Of a stretch of 64,000 nt of DNA, positions 29,408-38,792 are shown one piece after another. Under the pieces are notes generated by a model. The model did no database searches and was not told the origin of the DNA. It saw only the letters and a list, made by a program, of their open reading frames with translations. The stretch is from IMG/VR virus record IMGVR_UViG_3300020048_000013; one strand, given 5' to 3'. Origin of the DNA: an uncultured virus (IMG/VR IMGVR_UViG_3300020048_000013) (taxonomy: Duplodnaviria > Heunggongvirae > Uroviricota > Caudoviricetes). A program made the translations under genes and the position numbers. How positions within the stretch are numbered: the stretch's first letter is position 1; every line of letters begins with the position of its first letter.

Positions 29408-30172
29408 TTATTCGGTTACATACATTTTCTCATAATTCACGGTAATAGATTTTGTTACTATATCTGCTTTACTTCCGCTAATATCAAAATCCCAATCGTC
29501 ATAACTAACAAACTGACATTTATCAAATATTATCGCTTTATTGTCTTTAGTAAATCTTAGTATTCCGCCAGCATCAGCATCATATAATAATGGATATATA
29601 AATACAGAAAATTTTAATTGGTCTGGATATGCCAATAGAACTCTTTGATCCACATGATTATTTATGAAAAAATATTTAGTTAAAAATCTCGATATACTTA
29701 AATTAACATCTTCTATAATTTTGAGTTTAAAACTGTTTTTATTAGAATAATCTAATCCAGTATTATAATTTTTTATGACATTAAATAACATCTGTTGAGT
29801 GAAATTTTGACCATATCCTGGCATAGAAATGTCCATTGTATTTATAGAAAATAGTTTTTCTAATTCAGATATTTTATCCCCAACGTTTAACATATCAGTA
29901 AATGCTATATTATGAAAATAAAAAGAAACATATATCAATTCTGACAAAAGACGATTTTTTATATTGCTATTCGTCATGAAATATGAGTTATTTTTAAATT
30001 CTTGTAATGACATAATAACATCTGGTTTGTCTTTTAGATATGTACTATCATCTGTCGGCATATCATAATATACATTCAAATAACCATTTTCATTGTAAAA
30101 TTTTCCAGAATTCAATTCTGTCACAATAGTATTGTTTATTTTTTGTAAATCTTGTGGTATTTTTGTAGCCAT
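29408..30172 (-). CDS. Tail-tube-fold protein (gp54/gp19-like)
   Basis: DISMPG, AYPDQLK and terminal SITVNYE pattern. Confidence 0.5.
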   Translation of the reverse strand: MATKIPQDLQKINNTIVTELNSGKFYNENGYLNVYYDMPTDDSTYLKDKPDVIMSLQEFKNNSYFMTNSNIKNRLLSELIYVSFYFHNIAFTDMLNVGDKISELEKLFSINTMDISMPGYGQNFTQQMLFNVIKNYNTGLDYSNKNSFKLKIIEDVNLSISRFLTKYFFINNHVDQRVLLAYPDQLKFSVFIYPLLYDADAGGILRFTKDNKAIIFDKCQFVSYDDWDFDISGSKADIVTKSITVNYEKMYVTE

Positions 30173-30179
30173 ATATTAT

Positions 30180-30905
30180 TTATCCTACTATAAAGTCAGC
30201 TGGTTCGTTATAGAATTGTTCAAGTTCTTCAATCAATTTGTCTTTCATTTCTTGACCCATAGTCAATGCAAAATCGGGATCGAAAGTCATACCACTAGGT
30301 AGAGGAACATTTCCATATATTTTTAAGTTTGTTGCTATACGAATCCAACATAAAGCCAAGCAATATTGCTTTATCCAAGGATAAGTATAAACTCCATTAT
30401 CCAAATCTTCGGCATCAAATATATATCTATAACCCTGAACGATTACATTTGTGCTGGATTCTGGTCTGTGGTCTAGTTTTAGAATTTGGTCTAAGTCGGT
30501 ATATCTAAATCCAATTTCTTTAACCAACATTTTTCTCGCGGTCTGAATCCAAGAACGAGTTAAATATATATCCAACAGATTATATCCAGCAGTATTTCTA
30601 TAAGCACTATTGAATATACTGTTATCTATAATATGTCTTTCTATACTAAAAATATCGAGAGGATTGTTTGTTATCAGTATATTGCTTATGCTTCTTGTTC
30701 GAAATGGCATCGGATAATCTGTCTGTGCTGTGTTTATAGCCATTAATAAAAAAAATTCCTGAACAGACATTGATGCATGTTGTTCAAAAAATTCTATCGC
30801 TTCTGCAATAATTTGATCCATCTGTTTCACTGTAATATAAATTTCTCGTATTTCCAATCCTAATTGTGTTTGTAACCAATCAATTAAATCATCTTTTCTT
30901 GCCAT
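30180..30905 (-). CDS. gp13: Neck protein gp13-like
   Basis: LIDWL..QLG...IYIT.KQMD..I..AIEFF; WIKQYCLAL...NLKIY..LPSG. Confidence 0.9.
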   Translation of the reverse strand: MARKDDLIDWLQTQLGLEIREIYITVKQMDQIIAEAIEFFEQHASMSVQEFFLLMAINTAQTDYPMPFRTRSISNILITNNPLDIFSIERHIIDNSIFNSAYRNTAGYNLLDIYLTRSWIQTARKMLVKEIGFRYTDLDQILKLDHRPESSTNVIVQGYRYIFDAEDLDNGVYTYPWIKQYCLALCWIRIATNLKIYGNVPLPSGMTFDPDFALTMGQEMKDKLIEELEQFYNEPADFIVG

Positions 30906-30933
30906 ATATTAATTCCTCGTTTTTATAAATTTT

Positions 30934-31389
30934 TTATTCATACATAACCCACACACCATTTATCAATTTTGAATGTAATTCGATGTGCGGATAATCCATA
31001 AAATTATCATTATACTCATAATCGCCATTAAAATCCATTCCGACTCTTATTCTTATTCCATATTTGCCGAGAGCATATCCTTGAATAAATCGAACTAAAT
31101 CTCCAAATCTTTTATCATTTTTCCAATCAATTGGATATGGAGCAATATCTATTGCCAAACTTGGTTGTTTGTTGTGTTTGCTATTTGGAAATTTTAATTT
31201 AGATTTTCCTTCACTAAATGCTTTATTCTGAGAAATTTCGTCTCTATATCCGCAAGTTATTGTAAAATCTCTTAATTGAATAATATCATTCATTATCATT
31301 TGTAAATCTGGATGGCAGGTTAATAACTCTGATGCAGATTTTTTTCCAAATTTATATGGTTTTGTATTAAACATTTTTTCACCCATCAA
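30934..31389 (-). CDS. Endolysin, M15-family (L-Ala-D-Glu type) peptidase
   Basis: CHPDLQ, GYR...Q, SKHN..PSLAIDIAP and DYPHIEL; late promoter upstream. Confidence 0.85.
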   Translation of the reverse strand: MMGEKMFNTKPYKFGKKSASELLTCHPDLQMIMNDIIQLRDFTITCGYRDEISQNKAFSEGKSKLKFPNSKHNKQPSLAIDIAPYPIDWKNDKRFGDLVRFIQGYALGKYGIRIRVGMDFNGDYEYNDNFMDYPHIELHSKLINGVWVMYE

Positions 31390-31399
31390 TATTTAATAT

Positions 31400-31407
31400 T
31401 ATTTATA
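31400..31407 (-). promoter_or_regulatory. T4-type late promoter TATAAATA
   Basis: Between the terminator and the endolysin. Confidence 0.75.
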
Positions 31408-31417
31408 AAAATGGAAA

Positions 31418-31497
31418 ATAAAAAACCCTCTAATCTCTTAGAGGGTCATCAATCATTAACGTGGGAATGATCCAAAACATTAAAAAGAACCAAACCT
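31418..31497 (-). ncRNA. Candidate ~80-nt small RNA
   Basis: Bounded by a consensus promoter (31504-31532) and a strong terminator (31420-31446); internal hairpin; near the Hfq-like gene. Confidence 0.55.
31420..31446 (-). terminator. Intrinsic terminator
   Basis: ACCCUCUAA-GAGA-UUAGAGGGU followed by a U-tract. Confidence 0.9.
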
Positions 31498-31503
31498 TTA
31501 ACA

Positions 31504-31532
31504 AATATACACTAATTTTTTTATTTTGTCAA
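31504..31532 (-). promoter_or_regulatory. Sigma70-like promoter TTGACA-17-TATATT
   Basis: Exact consensus with an upstream A-tract (AAAAACAC). Confidence 0.85.
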
Positions 31533-31539
31533 GTGTTTT

Positions 31540-31956
31540 TTAATTATTTTCTAGAATTTTTTTCAACTCTGCTTTTTTCATGCCCTGAGTATTTATTCCC
31601 ATATCGGCAACTTTTTTCTTCATTTCGAGAAATTCCGCTAATCCGTTTTTTTTCTTGGAATCTGTTTCGGCATCAAGTACAATCGTCTCTACTCTAAATT
31701 TATCATCGTTTTTTTCTTTTTTCGGAATTGTTTGTTCGCTTGTTTTAACAACAGTTTCAACAACAGTTTCTACTTCATTCTTTTTTTCTTCTGTTGCAAT
31801 TTTGAAATATTGTTTAAAACTTCTATATACTTTTTCTTCGATGTCGATGACTTTATTAGGAACGAGATGATATAATTTATCAAATGCCGTTAGATAATAA
31901 GGTCCTTTTTTAGTTTTTCTTTCGAGAACTATAACTTTTATTGTTTTATTTTCCAT
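31540..31956 (-). CDS. Hypothetical protein (short C-terminal helical tail, possibly SAP/HeH-like)
   Basis: 138 aa, translationally coupled to the Hfq-like gene; ends MGINTQGMKKAELKKIL. Confidence 0.65.
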   Translation of the reverse strand: MENKTIKVIVLERKTKKGPYYLTAFDKLYHLVPNKVIDIEEKVYRSFKQYFKIATEEKKNEVETVVETVVKTSEQTIPKKEKNDDKFRVETIVLDAETDSKKKNGLAEFLEMKKKVADMGINTQGMKKAELKKILENN

Positions 31957-32176
31957 TTTTCTGTCCTTCGTTTTTTTGTTTGATTGTATAATACGAATCG
32001 TGTCTTACTAAACTAACCATCGTCTGTTGAGTGTTTTTGTTATAACACGATATAACTAAAGCCACATCATCCCACAAAGAAATTTTTCCTGTCAATGTAA
32101 CTCCGTTTCTTAAAAATATTTGTAGAATTTCTTTTTTATATTGTTCTAAAAATGTATTGCTTACTGGTGATAACAT
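31946..32176 (-). CDS. hfq: Hfq-like (Sm/LSm fold) RNA chaperone
   Basis: NTFLEQ...IFLRNGVTLTGKISLWDD..LVI matches Hfq Sm1 (DPFL...IYLVNGIKLQGQIESFDQ); Sm2 is divergent (LVRHDSYYTI); AGGAG RBS. Confidence 0.75.
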   Translation of the reverse strand: MLSPVSNTFLEQYKKEILQIFLRNGVTLTGKISLWDDVALVISCYNKNTQQTMVSLVRHDSYYTIKQKNEGQKNGK

Positions 32177-32186
32177 AGTTTCTCCT

Positions 32187-32507
32187 TTATTCTTTAATTA
32201 TTTTAAATTTTGCCATAATGCCGATTTTATCAAATTCGCTTTCTATATCCATTTCTAATCCGTTTATCATATCTTTGCTTTCTCTGAATATAAATCCTTT
32301 AGCATTTTCTTCGGCATAATAAGTACTTTCTTCGAGCCAGTTTTGTATATATGTTCTATCTTGCTCAGTATAAGGAACTACCCTGAGGCACATTTCTTCG
32401 TCATCAGACACTTCATCAACCGATTCTTCTAACAGTTCTTCGTCTATCACAGCATCATCAATATCTTCGGTTTCTTCGTAATCATCATGATTTTTTTTAT
32501 TAATCAT
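32187..32507 (-). CDS. Acidic hypothetical protein
   Basis: 106 aa, D/E-rich N-half; late promoter upstream. Confidence 0.7.
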   Translation of the reverse strand: MINKKNHDDYEETEDIDDAVIDEELLEESVDEVSDDEEMCLRVVPYTEQDRTYIQNWLEESTYYAEENAKGFIFRESKDMINGLEMDIESEFDKIGIMAKFKIIKE

Positions 32508-32527
32508 ATTTTTTCCTTTTTTTTTGT

Positions 32528-32535
32528 TATTTATA
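32528..32535 (-). promoter_or_regulatory. T4-type late promoter TATAAATA
   Basis: At the gp41 stop, upstream of the acidic ORF-hfq-ORF unit. Confidence 0.6.
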
Positions 32536-33967
32536 ATATTTTAAAATCAGAATTTAACCAATCTTCTGAAGCTTTTTGTCCATCCATAAATTCATTTTCA
32601 ATTTTGGCATCTATGTTGGTCATCGTGATATCCATATTTCCAAAATTGATATCATATAATCTTTGTTTATTTTTCGAAACTCCGACCATCGTTTTTGTTC
32701 CAGTCGGCACGTGATTTCTGGATTTTATTTTTTTCCATAAATATAATGATGTTATGTCGTTTGTTAAATATTGTTCTACTCCTTCTTTAATTTCAACTTG
32801 AGCTATAAAAGAATCCAAATTTTGTGGAACGGCATACGAATCTCCGACATCAGCATTGGTCATTTCTATTTCTTTTCCGTGTTCTTTAATTTTATGTTCC
32901 ACGCCTCTATTCGATTGTGCTGCAGATAAAATAGGAAGGTCTAGCTCTACCCCAATTTTCTGTCTAACTTCCCAGCTTATTTCTTTTAGATTTATGTAAG
33001 TATTTGCCCTATCCTTAATATACAAAGGACTCATTATTCCTATGTAATCAATAACAAGAATATCAGGAACATATTTTTTATCATTATATAAATCTTTGAG
33101 CCACATTTTTATATCAACAACATTTGCTTCTGAAAATTGTCTTATTTCTATTGTTCCCATTGGATTGTTTGAATCGAATTTTTCAAACTGTTTCATTATA
33201 TCATTCTCATCCATCGTCGACATGTCATAAGTACTTATGTCTAATAGATTCGCATCAACCCTTCCAAGCCATTCATCACAAGAAATTTCGAGAGTAGCAA
33301 TAGCTACATTCAATCCCTGATATGCCAGACAGCTCGATAAAAAAGACATTGATAGTGTTTTTCCTTGATTGGTCGGAGATAAGAAACAAGTTATCGTTCT
33401 CTTTTTCATTCCACCAGTAACATCGTCGAAAGGTTTAAATCCTGTAAATATACTATTTTCCATTTTCAAAGAACGAATTCTTTTTATTCTATCAGCATTA
33501 TTATTCCAAGTCATAGAATAATCATCTTCGTCGTGAAAATTGACATTCATCCCAGTTTCCATAATCATTGATGCTTTTTTATACTGAGTATCGTCTTTAT
33601 TATTTTTCTCTATCAGTTTCATGCTTTCGTAGATAGCATTGAAAAAAGAACGATATTTAGCCCAATGTTCTGTTTGTTCTAATAGTATGGTGAGATCTAT
33701 ATTTATTGCTTGTTTTTTTATATTTTCTATATAATTCAACAAATCTTTTTTCTGATCTTCGTCTTTAGAGCTATCGCCATTAATTAGCATTATTATAGCA
33801 TCATAAGACAAACTGGCATCAATATTCATGCAATGTTTTATATATGGAAAAATACTTTTTGGTAAATATTCTTCAAAATATTCATTTTTTATTTTTTTAT
33901 GAACTTTTGATAAATAAATTTTATCTGTTATGAGGCTTATGATTATAAAATCTTCATTATTCTGCAT
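32531..33967 (-). CDS. gp41: Replicative DnaB-like helicase gp41
   Basis: TGFKPFD..TGG, SPTNQGKT Walker A, TLEIS, IDYIGIM, AAQSNR and KSRN. Confidence 0.92.
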   Translation of the reverse strand: MQNNEDFIIISLITDKIYLSKVHKKIKNEYFEEYLPKSIFPYIKHCMNIDASLSYDAIIMLINGDSSKDEDQKKDLLNYIENIKKQAINIDLTILLEQTEHWAKYRSFFNAIYESMKLIEKNNKDDTQYKKASMIMETGMNVNFHDEDDYSMTWNNNADRIKRIRSLKMENSIFTGFKPFDDVTGGMKKRTITCFLSPTNQGKTLSMSFLSSCLAYQGLNVAIATLEISCDEWLGRVDANLLDISTYDMSTMDENDIMKQFEKFDSNNPMGTIEIRQFSEANVVDIKMWLKDLYNDKKYVPDILVIDYIGIMSPLYIKDRANTYINLKEISWEVRQKIGVELDLPILSAAQSNRGVEHKIKEHGKEIEMTNADVGDSYAVPQNLDSFIAQVEIKEGVEQYLTNDITSLYLWKKIKSRNHVPTGTKTMVGVSKNKQRLYDINFGNMDITMTNIDAKIENEFMDGQKASEDWLNSDFKIL

Positions 33968-34185
33968 TGTTCCTCTTGTATGTTTTATAATTTTTTAAAT
34001 TTATGGCTATCAATACTAAGTTCATTGCAAAAACACCATATAATTCAAAATATAATGAATAGATTGCCCATAATACACATGCTATTATGTGATAATCTAN
34101 NNNNNNNNNCATATTTGTTTTTTTTGCTAAATTGATTTATAGCCACAAATGTAGCTAAAACTGCAACATATTCTAATATGAACAT
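33957..34185 (-). CDS. Small membrane protein spanning an N gap
   Basis: Hand translation MFILEYVAVLATFVAIN...HIIACVLWAIYSLYFELYGVFAMNLVLIAINL; GAGG RBS. Confidence 0.55.
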
Positions 34186-34200
34186 ATTTCCTCTATTGTT

Positions 34201-34944
34201 TTATAGTAATGTAGTAATAGACGATACTACATTTAGTAATTCAGAATCATTTTCGTCTAATTGAATTTTTTCATCAATCGTGCTTAGAAAATAATTGAAT
34301 TTTTTAAAAAATTTGACGGCATTGTTGAAGTTTTTTTCAGCACTGTTTGTATCATAATCTTTATTCATTCTGTCTGTTGTTTTATAATACCATTCCTGTA
34401 TTATTTTATTTTCAGAGATATTAAATAAATTATACTGCTTATCAAACAAATCGTCTAGAATAATTGTTTTATCATTTCCGTATTTTTCATACATTATATC
34501 TTCGAAATCGTATGATAGGTATGATTTAAGTTCTGGTTTTTTTTCTTTTGGTCGGAATCCTCTTGCTACTGCTTGATTCCGATTTGCAGGACGAGTTTCA
34601 TTAAAAGACAAATCGTTAGACAAATCGTTGTGATCAATTGCTTCGTCCTCTACGATTATTTGATCGGGAACATAATCAGCATCTATATCTTCCAATATTT
34701 CTTTTGATTGTGGAGTAATTCCGATATTTTGCTCATAATCCGACATCAGATTTTTTCTGGATGCCAATTCTTCTTGTGTAGCAACACCTCTTTCTGGTTT
34801 ATGATATTGAGGAATTATTTTTTTATTTTCCGATATTTTATTTATTGTCTTAGCATCTACTGTTTTAGTAGATAATCCAAGATATTCGTCCATAACATTG
34901 TTATTTACGCTATAAGTTTTTAATGGTCTATCGCTATCAGACAT
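34201..34944 (-). CDS. Hypothetical protein
   Basis: 247-aa ORF between uvsX and gp41. Confidence 0.7.
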   Translation of the reverse strand: MSDSDRPLKTYSVNNNVMDEYLGLSTKTVDAKTINKISENKKIIPQYHKPERGVATQEELASRKNLMSDYEQNIGITPQSKEILEDIDADYVPDQIIVEDEAIDHNDLSNDLSFNETRPANRNQAVARGFRPKEKKPELKSYLSYDFEDIMYEKYGNDKTIILDDLFDKQYNLFNISENKIIQEWYYKTTDRMNKDYDTNSAEKNFNNAVKFFKKFNYFLSTIDEKIQLDENDSELLNVVSSITTLL

Positions 34945-34946
34945 AA

Positions 34947-36155
34947 TTAATCCTCGTCGTTGGTTGTTTCTTCTGTTGTTTTATCGTCTTCCAAATCATC
35001 ATTCAATTCGTCGTCTATATCATCTTCTTCGATGTTGACATTTTCAGTTTTGTTTTTGTATTTGAAAAGGTCGCCTAATCTTTCGTTGATATTATGTTTT
35101 TTGATACATTCTTCCCAAGTTTCATTATCCATATTTTTGAGATAGTATTCAACACCATCAATAACAAAACCAGCAACTTTTTTAGCTTCCTTTTTTTCTT
35201 CTTTCGATTCGGCTTTTTTAGCACCACCAATTTTCTGTGCAAGTTTATACTGAACTAATAATTCAGCAATTCCAGAATAAAAAGAAATACCGCCATTATA
35301 GTCTATATAAAATTTAACTTCTTTATATTCTTTTGTAAATCTGTTCTTTTTATTTTTGGCAGTTACTATAATTCCTATAACTTCGTCGCCTTTTTTAAAT
35401 TGTGCTTTGGATAATTCGATAATGAAAGTACTTGCAAATCTACTTCCCATACCGCCACCAACAACTTTCTGAACAAACATTCCTTGACTATCATATTGGT
35501 GATTTATCAACACTAAAGGAATTCTTTTATTAAATGCTTTTTTCAATATCATTCTGAAAAATGCTTTTAATTTTTTTGCTCTAGACATATCTGCTTTATC
35601 GTTTCCATCAAGAGCATCTGTTATTTCTTTTTCACTTGCAAGATTTCCAATACTATCTACAACGATCATTATTTTCGGGTCAATTTTGCTATATTCTACT
35701 ACATTAAGCATCTTATTAGTTACTTTAGTAATATCGTCAGCATCTTCGACCATAAGTATTTTGGAAGTATCTAATCCTGCTTTTTCGTAATCAGATATTT
35801 CTACATCGCCTTCCGTATCTATATATATTATTCTCCATCCTTGACTAATCGCAGACTTCATTATTTTTTTGGTCATGTATGATTTTGAAGAACTTGGATC
35901 TCCTACGAGCTGAAATGCTCTATTATCAGGAACTCCTTTATACATATCCCCAGACACCAAAAGATTAAAAACAGCACTTCCAGTATCAAACCACTGTTTT
36001 ACTGTATATTTTTCTTTTGAATTACTTAGTATCACGCTTTCTTTTAATACATTTTTGATAAGGTCTTCTAATACACTATCCACTTTCTTTTCTGATTTGT
36101 TATTTTTTTCAACAACAATATCATTTTTGTCCTTTTTAGGTCTTCCTTTAGCCAT
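34947..36155 (-). CDS. uvsX: RecA-like recombinase UvsX
   Basis: DTGS..FNLLVSG, GDPSSSKS, YIDTE, VVDSIGNL, DMSRAK and INH. Confidence 0.92.
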   Translation of the reverse strand: MAKGRPKKDKNDIVVEKNNKSEKKVDSVLEDLIKNVLKESVILSNSKEKYTVKQWFDTGSAVFNLLVSGDMYKGVPDNRAFQLVGDPSSSKSYMTKKIMKSAISQGWRIIYIDTEGDVEISDYEKAGLDTSKILMVEDADDITKVTNKMLNVVEYSKIDPKIMIVVDSIGNLASEKEITDALDGNDKADMSRAKKLKAFFRMILKKAFNKRIPLVLINHQYDSQGMFVQKVVGGGMGSRFASTFIIELSKAQFKKGDEVIGIIVTAKNKKNRFTKEYKEVKFYIDYNGGISFYSGIAELLVQYKLAQKIGGAKKAESKEEKKEAKKVAGFVIDGVEYYLKNMDNETWEECIKKHNINERLGDLFKYKNKTENVNIEEDDIDDELNDDLEDDKTTEETTNDED

Positions 36156-36169
36156 ATTTCCTCTTTGTT

Positions 36170-36646
36170 TTATATATTTTTGTTACTATAATCGGTGGCG
36201 ACTGATTTCGCCATCATATTTATTTTATAAAATAGATTTGATCCATAAGAGTCTTTGTCAGTCAAGCTCATATAAAATTCTTCTCCACTAACATCATTTG
36301 TATTCATGATGAATCCACCAGAAAAATCTATTGCTTTTCCTTTTTTATATATTACAGAAAAAACATATCCTACAGGATCAAAATCTTCTGGATGATTTTC
36401 TGAATCTGATGCATATATTATTATTTTTCTGAAAATAGATTTCACATCATCAGACAAACCACTCGTCTGAACAATTTCTCCGCCAGGAACTATCTCTTTA
36501 ATTTTTTCTAATTCTTGTTCTTGCTTCTGTGTACTTAGTGGAGAATCGTCAAACATTCCTTGTAAAACGTCGTTGTTTATATAATTTTCCAAACTCTCGT
36601 ATACTATTTTAACTTTAGATTTGTAGATGTCGTTTATTTTTGGCAT
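36170..36646 (-). CDS. Hypothetical late protein with a variant CTS-like leader
   Basis: TATAAATA at 36668-36675; GGAG RBS. Confidence 0.7.
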   Translation of the reverse strand: MPKINDIYKSKVKIVYESLENYINNDVLQGMFDDSPLSTQKQEQELEKIKEIVPGGEIVQTSGLSDDVKSIFRKIIIYASDSENHPEDFDPVGYVFSVIYKKGKAIDFSGGFIMNTNDVSGEEFYMSLTDKDSYGSNLFYKINMMAKSVATDYSNKNI

Positions 36647-36662
36647 ATGTTCTCCAGTTTTT

Positions 36663-37715
36663 TTAATTATTTATAAAAAAATCATTTTTATTTTCACGAA
36701 CTGCAGATTTTTCATATGCTTTATTTATGATATACAGATTATCGAGTCTATTGTTTTTTATATTGTGATCAAAATGACCGATTTTTCTATATGGACCCAA
36801 CGTTCCGTTTGATATAAAAGCATCAAAAACGGCTTTAGATATGGTCACACAAGTTTTTTTAGTTCTTCTGTTTTTGCCTTTCCATAGTGGCAGTATTCTT
36901 TTATCTTTTGTTGATCTGACATTACCCCAATTAGACACTTCCAATTCTCCATCAGCATGACAAAGTTTCCATTCTTCGACTGTCATATCTACATTATAGC
37001 CATTTTTTAAATATAGCTGTATTTTTGGGAGTTCTGGAACATTTCTATGTTTAGGATAATTATGATTAATCCTGCCATCCAATTCCTTAATATCATAAAA
37101 CATATGAATTTCCGGTTCTACTGAAGGATCATCTACCACTTGTTCTCGCGGAGCAACTGCTTCTTGTACAACCGTTTTCTGATTCATTGCAGATTTCATG
37201 TTCAAAAAATTATGAAATTTTTCTCGCATTTTGGTCATCATCATGTTCCAAATTTTACGCATTTCGTCCTCCATATATTCAGACATCTCTACCGACATGC
37301 CTTCCATTATATTGTTAAATTCGTCTAAATTCATTTTTGGTTTATGTGTTCTGTTGGATTTGTGTTTGGATACGGATTTGTCGAAAAAATCATTGTGATT
37401 TAATATTTTTTTATCAACAACGTCGAAAAAGTATTCATTATATTCTTTAGATATTATTTTCAAAACATCTATCAAATATCCCTGTTCGATGGCACATTTC
37501 AATCTGTGTTTTGTTTTTTCTCTGTAGAAAGAAGTGTCTGGATTTAATCTGAAGAATATATTGAATATTCTTGAATATACTTTTTCTACTTCGACACCAG
37601 TACATCTGTGTATGTAATATATTAAATCCTGAGCGTTTCTGTAATCTTTGAAAAACTCTATGATTTTTCTTTCAGTGCTTTTACCAATTTCTACATCTTC
37701 TTTATAAAACGACAT
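36663..37715 (-). CDS. Protein with C-terminal NUMOD4-HNH domain
   Basis: EEWK...EVSNWGNVRS (NUMOD4) and GHFDHNIKNNRLDNL (HNH). Confidence 0.7.
   Translation of the reverse strand: MSFYKEDVEIGKSTERKIIEFFKDYRNAQDLIYYIHRCTGVEVEKVYSRIFNIFFRLNPDTSFYREKTKHRLKCAIEQGYLIDVLKIISKEYNEYFFDVVDKKILNHNDFFDKSVSKHKSNRTHKPKMNLDEFNNIMEGMSVEMSEYMEDEMRKIWNMMMTKMREKFHNFLNMKSAMNQKTVVQEAVAPREQVVDDPSVEPEIHMFYDIKELDGRINHNYPKHRNVPELPKIQLYLKNGYNVDMTVEEWKLCHADGELEVSNWGNVRSTKDKRILPLWKGKNRRTKKTCVTISKAVFDAFISNGTLGPYRKIGHFDHNIKNNRLDNLYIINKAYEKSAVRENKNDFFINN
36668..36675 (-). promoter_or_regulatory. T4-type late promoter TATAAATA
   Basis: Upstream of the RBS of 36170-36646. Confidence 0.65.
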
Positions 37716-37729
37716 TTTTCTCTCCCTTC

Positions 37730-38062
37730 TTATTCTTTTATTATGAATTTATCGTTAAGTTCTCTTTCGAGTTCTTCTATTTTTTTCTCTTGGATGGTGA
37801 TTAATGTATGCTGGTCGAAACTTCTCCATTCCATTTTTTCTACGTCGAAAATTGGAACGATGTTTTCGTTAACTTTTCTCGGTTTGTAGTTAGGATCTGT
37901 TTCATCTACTTTTTTGGGATGTTTTTCTTCGGGAATTAAAGCCATGTTTGTGGTTGCTTTCATTTGTCTTAGTGTTCCGTCTTTTTTAGTAAAACATATC
38001 ATAACACCATTAGGGTCAGTGTTTATGATGTGTTTAATTTGTTTTAGTGTTTTTTCGTTCAT
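37730..38062 (-). CDS. WYL-like SH3-fold phage protein
   Basis: FTKKDGTLRQMKAT...FDVEKMEWRSF. Confidence 0.8.
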   Translation of the reverse strand: MNEKTLKQIKHIINTDPNGVMICFTKKDGTLRQMKATTNMALIPEEKHPKKVDETDPNYKPRKVNENIVPIFDVEKMEWRSFDQHTLITIQEKKIEELERELNDKFIIKE

Positions 38063-38216
38063 CTTTCTCTCCTTCGATTATTTTTTCTTCGGGTATTTCT
38101 TCTACATCATAACTTCTGCATTTTGGACAGAAGTATTCGTTCTTTATCGGATCGTATGTTAAAGAATATATATCGTATCCGACTGTTCCACAATTATTAC
38201 AAATATATATTGGCAT
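38034..38216 (-). CDS. Small zinc-ribbon protein
   Basis: MPIYICNNCG...CPKCRS; GGAG RBS; promoter upstream. Confidence 0.75.
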   Translation of the reverse strand: MPIYICNNCGTVGYDIYSLTYDPIKNEYFCPKCRSYDVEEIPEEKIIEGEKDERKNTKTN

Positions 38217-38241
38217 TTTTTCTCCTTTTTAATTCTAAGGT

Positions 38242-38270
38242 AATATAACAAAATAATTATTCAATGTCAA
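38242..38270 (-). promoter_or_regulatory. Sigma70-like promoter TTGACA-17-TATATT
   Basis: Exact consensus. Confidence 0.85.
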
Positions 38271-38279
38271 GTGTTTTTT

Positions 38280-38792
38280 TTAATTTTTGAATAATCCGCG
38301 AATATTAATTTTTATTTGTGTGTCCGAAATTGGTTTATATGTTATACTATATAAATGTGTACAAGATTTATATTCGTCATGATTTTTTATTTTATCAATT
38401 ATATAAGTCATTTTTTCTTTAAATTTAGATATTTTCGTGAAATCCCAATCTTTAAAATTTCCATCTATATAGAAATTTGATGTTATCACATAACAAAATT
38501 TATTATCGATTGTTAATGTCGGAGAATCTATAAAGCAAACATTTTTAAAATGTCCTCTATTAATTTCTGTCCAACCATCATTAATCGTCAATAGTTTTTC
38601 ATCATTGAGAATTGTCACAATCCACCCAGTCTCGGTTGGTTGAATACTGATTCTACCACCTCTATCAGTCTCCATTTCATATCCAAAGTCTCTTTGACAT
38701 ATGCCAATAGTTCTTTTTTCATTTGTTCGAAGATTTATTCCGCTATATAATTCTTCTACAATAATTCCGTTTTCATCATTTAATAATTTCAT
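38280..38792 (-). CDS. Hypothetical protein
   Basis: 170-aa ORF with GGAG RBS. Confidence 0.65.
   Translation of the reverse strand: MKLLNDENGIIVEELYSGINLRTNEKRTIGICQRDFGYEMETDRGGRISIQPTETGWIVTILNDEKLLTINDGWTEINRGHFKNVCFIDSPTLTIDNKFCYVITSNFYIDGNFKDWDFTKISKFKEKMTYIIDKIKNHDEYKSCTHLYSITYKPISDTQIKINIRGLFKN

Noticed and set aside
31461..31697. Plus-strand 78-aa ORF over the sRNA locus
   Set aside because: It overlaps a minus-strand gene, promoter and the sRNA candidate, has an F/L-rich antisense-type composition, and has no plus-strand promoter.
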